Positions 30,243 through 32,000 of a DNA stretch of 32,000 nt are shown here, piece after piece; the stretch's first letter is position 1, and each line of letters opens with the position of its first letter. Position numbers and translations under genes: made by a program. Source of the DNA: Synechococcus elongatus PCC 6301 (GTDB lineage Bacteria > Cyanobacteriota > Cyanobacteriia > Synechococcales > Synechococcaceae); assembly GCF_000010065.1 (NCBI RefSeq), contig NC_006576.1:2010001-2042000 (forward strand). The letters run 5' to 3'. The notes under the pieces are model-generated. The model saw nothing but the letters and a program-made list of their open reading frames with translations, had not been told where the DNA came from and did not search any database.

Positions 30243-31346
30243 CTAGCTTAAAACTAAGTTGTCGCGATGGACGATGGTTTCTGCACCTTCGTAGCCTAGG
30301 ATTTGAACAATTTGATCACTTTGACAGCCACGGATCTGCTGCAGTTCGTGACTGTCATAGTTGACTAATCCTCGGGCAATTTCAGTGCCGTTGAGATCAC
30401 AGAGCTGAACTGCATCTTGGGCTTCAAAATCTCCTTCGATCGCTTGAATTCCAGCGGCTAAAAGCGACTTACCCCCTGCTTGAATCGCTTGCACTGCACC
30501 AGCATCCAGCAACAGTTTTCCAGTTGGCACGAGGCCGTGGGCAATCCAGCGTTTGCGGGCATTGACTGTTTCCGGTTGCGGCTCAAACCAAGTGCCGATC
30601 GCCTCACCCGCCAAGATTTTCAGCAGATTTTCGGGCGATCGCCCTTGGGTAATCACGGTACGAACGCTCGCTTGGGTAGCAATTTTCGCTGCAGTCAACT
30701 TCGTTGCCATACCGCCTGTACCCCAGCGACTGCCCTGTCCACCTGCTTGAATCGATTCCAGCTCCGAGAGGTCGTGGACAATTGTGATCGGCTTAGCATT
30801 TGGATCCTGGCGAGGGTCGGCTGTGTAGAGCCGATCAACATCGGTTAGTAGGAACAGCCATTGCGCTTCCACGAGACTGGCGACTAAGGCCGACAGCGTG
30901 TCATTGTCGCCAAACTTGAGTTCTTCAACAGCGACCGTGTCATTCTCGTTGACAATTGGCACGACGCCCAGCTCGAATAGTTCCTGAAAGGTTTGATAGG
31001 CATTGATGTAGCGTTGCCGCTGCGCCAGATCACCGCGCGTTAGCAGAACTTGAGCGATCGGCTGACCGAGGGTCGTAAACAGATCGTCGTAGGTGCGCAT
31101 CAAGCGACCCTGACCGACCGCTGCGATCGCCTGACGTTGGGCAATACGGCTGGGGCGATCGCGCAGCCCAAGGCGAGTGCAACCGACCCCAACCGCGCCC
31201 GAGGAGACTAGAACGACGTTGTAGCCCTGTCGGCGCAGTTGGCAAATCACTTCAACCAGCCCCGCAATCGTCGAGAGTGCCAAGCCCGGATGGTGGGGAT
31301 TGGTCAGACTGCTGGTGCCAATTTTGACCACGAGGGTCTCGGACAT
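30243..31346 (-). CDS. proB: Glutamate 5-kinase (with C-terminal PUA domain)
   Basis: ATG (comp. 31344-31346) gives [15 protein letters not shown]..., with ...[11 protein letters not shown]... and the PUA-like end ...[16 protein letters not shown]... The track's TTG 31400 extension is not needed. Confidence 0.92.
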   Translation of the reverse strand: MSETLVVKIGTSSLTNPHHPGLALSTIAGLVEVICQLRRQGYNVVLVSSGAVGVGCTRLGLRDRPSRIAQRQAIAAVGQGRLMRTYDDLFTTLGQPIAQVLLTRGDLAQRQRYINAYQTFQELFELGVVPIVNENDTVAVEELKFGDNDTLSALVASLVEAQWLFLLTDVDRLYTADPRQDPNAKPITIVHDLSELESIQAGGQGSRWGTGGMATKLTAAKIATQASVRTVITQGRSPENLLKILAGEAIGTWFEPQPETVNARKRWIAHGLVPTGKLLLDAGAVQAIQAGGKSLLAAGIQAIEGDFEAQDAVQLCDLNGTEIARGLVNYDSHELQQIRGCQSDQIVQILGYEGAETIVHRDNLVLS

Positions 31347-31483
31347 GGGAGCCACAGACCGGAAGAACGTCTCTAGTATCTTGCCTCTGTGGGGTTGCAA
31401 GCGATGACAATCACTCGGCTAGTAGCTTGCTGTTTCCCAAAAGTTGGGGCAGCTTAGGGCAGGACTGAAATGGAGTCATCCCT

Positions 31484-32000
31484 ATGTGGCGGGCGATCGC
31501 AGTGGCGAGTTTGGTGCTCACAGCTTGCGCGCCCACGCAGCAGCTTCAGGCAGAAATTCAAGAAGTCGCGACCTCACCCGTCTTTGCCAGCCAACCCAAT
31601 CAAGCAGAACAACCGGCCTCTGAGGGGACAGTTGTTATTCAAGGCGGACAAATTCGTACCGAGAGTCCCGGTAAAGCCCAAATTCAACTGAGTGATGGTC
31701 TGCAGTTTCGACTGGGTGGCAACGCCTTGTTGAAAATTGAGCCTGAACTCCAGCTCGATCGCGGTCAGATTATTGCTTGGCTGACGCCGAATCAAAAGCG
31801 CGATCGCCCCTTGCAAATCCGCACGCCAACTGCCACAGCCGCTATTCGCGGCACAACGGTCTTTATTGAGCAAACAGAGACCCAAGCTCTGATCTTGAGC
31901 TGGGAAGGACAAGTGGAGGTGCAGCTACCTTCTGGTGTGACCACACAGCTGACAAGTGGTCAATTGGTTCGCCTTCGGCCCGGCCAAACGACCTTGCCGA
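31484..32000 (+). CDS. FecR-domain lipoprotein, N-terminal part (runs off the right edge)
   Basis: Hand translation from ATG 31484 gives MWRAIAVASLVLTACAPTQQ... (lipobox LTA|C). It continues ...AQIQLSDGLQFRLGGNALLKIEPELQLDRGQIIAWL...LQIRTPTATAAIRGTTVFIE..., which matches the FecR domain pattern. The frame is open to the window end and is not in the ORF track. Confidence 0.55.
   Translation, partial: MWRAIAVASLVLTACAPTQQLQAEIQEVATSPVFASQPNQAEQPASEGTVVIQGGQIRTESPGKAQIQLSDGLQFRLGGNALLKIEPELQLDRGQIIAWLTPNQKRDRPLQIRTPTATAAIRGTTVFIEQTETQALILSWEGQVEVQLPSGVTTQLTSGQLVRLRPGQTTLP

Noticed and set aside
31347-31400. Upstream TTG-initiated extension of proB (track ORF 30243-31400) and the 73-aa/112-aa ORFs at 31470-31912.
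   Set aside because: The conserved ProB N-terminus begins at [13 protein letters not shown] (ATG at comp. 31346). The 31470 and 31574 ORFs are out of frame or antisense to a frame with clear lipobox and FecR-domain features.

Overview
The window looks like core chromosome of a HIP1-rich (GCGATCGC) cyanobacterium. Protein sequences and gene order resemble Synechococcus elongatus, but that assignment comes from memory, not a search. About half the window (7.5-23.8 kb, + strand) is one contiguous translation-apparatus cluster: rplC-rplD-rplW-rplB-rpsS-rplV-rpsC-rplP-rpmC-rpsQ-rplN-rplX-rplE-rpsH-rplF-rplR-rpsE-rplO-secY-adk-rpmJ-rpsM-rpsK-rpoA-rplQ-truA-rplM-rpsI-rpmE, then a strong terminator and prfA. 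Many junctions overlap start and stop codons. As is usual in cyanobacteria, rpsJ, rpsN, rpmD, infA and rpsD are absent from the cluster. The left flank carries a truncated DUF4349-like lipoprotein, a GNAT acetyltransferase, a diheme cytochrome c, a low-GC sugar-porter MFS gene, a stand-alone CbiG-C/CobE-like gene coupled to a fused double ABC ATPase, and ndhN-trmD. The right flank carries an orphan HNH endonuclease, alr, tRNA-Ser(GCU), a cupin, the N-terminal half of a naturally split dnaE ending in a split-intein N fragment, an orphan NurA-like nuclease, proB, and a truncated FecR-domain lipoprotein. I see no CRISPR array, transposase, integrase or recognisable multi-gene defence locus, and I cannot point to a convincing undescribed system. 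The most interesting items are the split dnaE-N/intein abutted by a NurA-like nuclease, the orphan HNH nuclease, the compositionally foreign MFS islet bracketed by imperfect direct repeats, and the ~650-nt non-coding leader ahead of rplC. All coordinates come from hand indexing plus the supplied ORF track. Several starts were moved from the track's upstream NTG codon to the start giving the conserved N-terminus.
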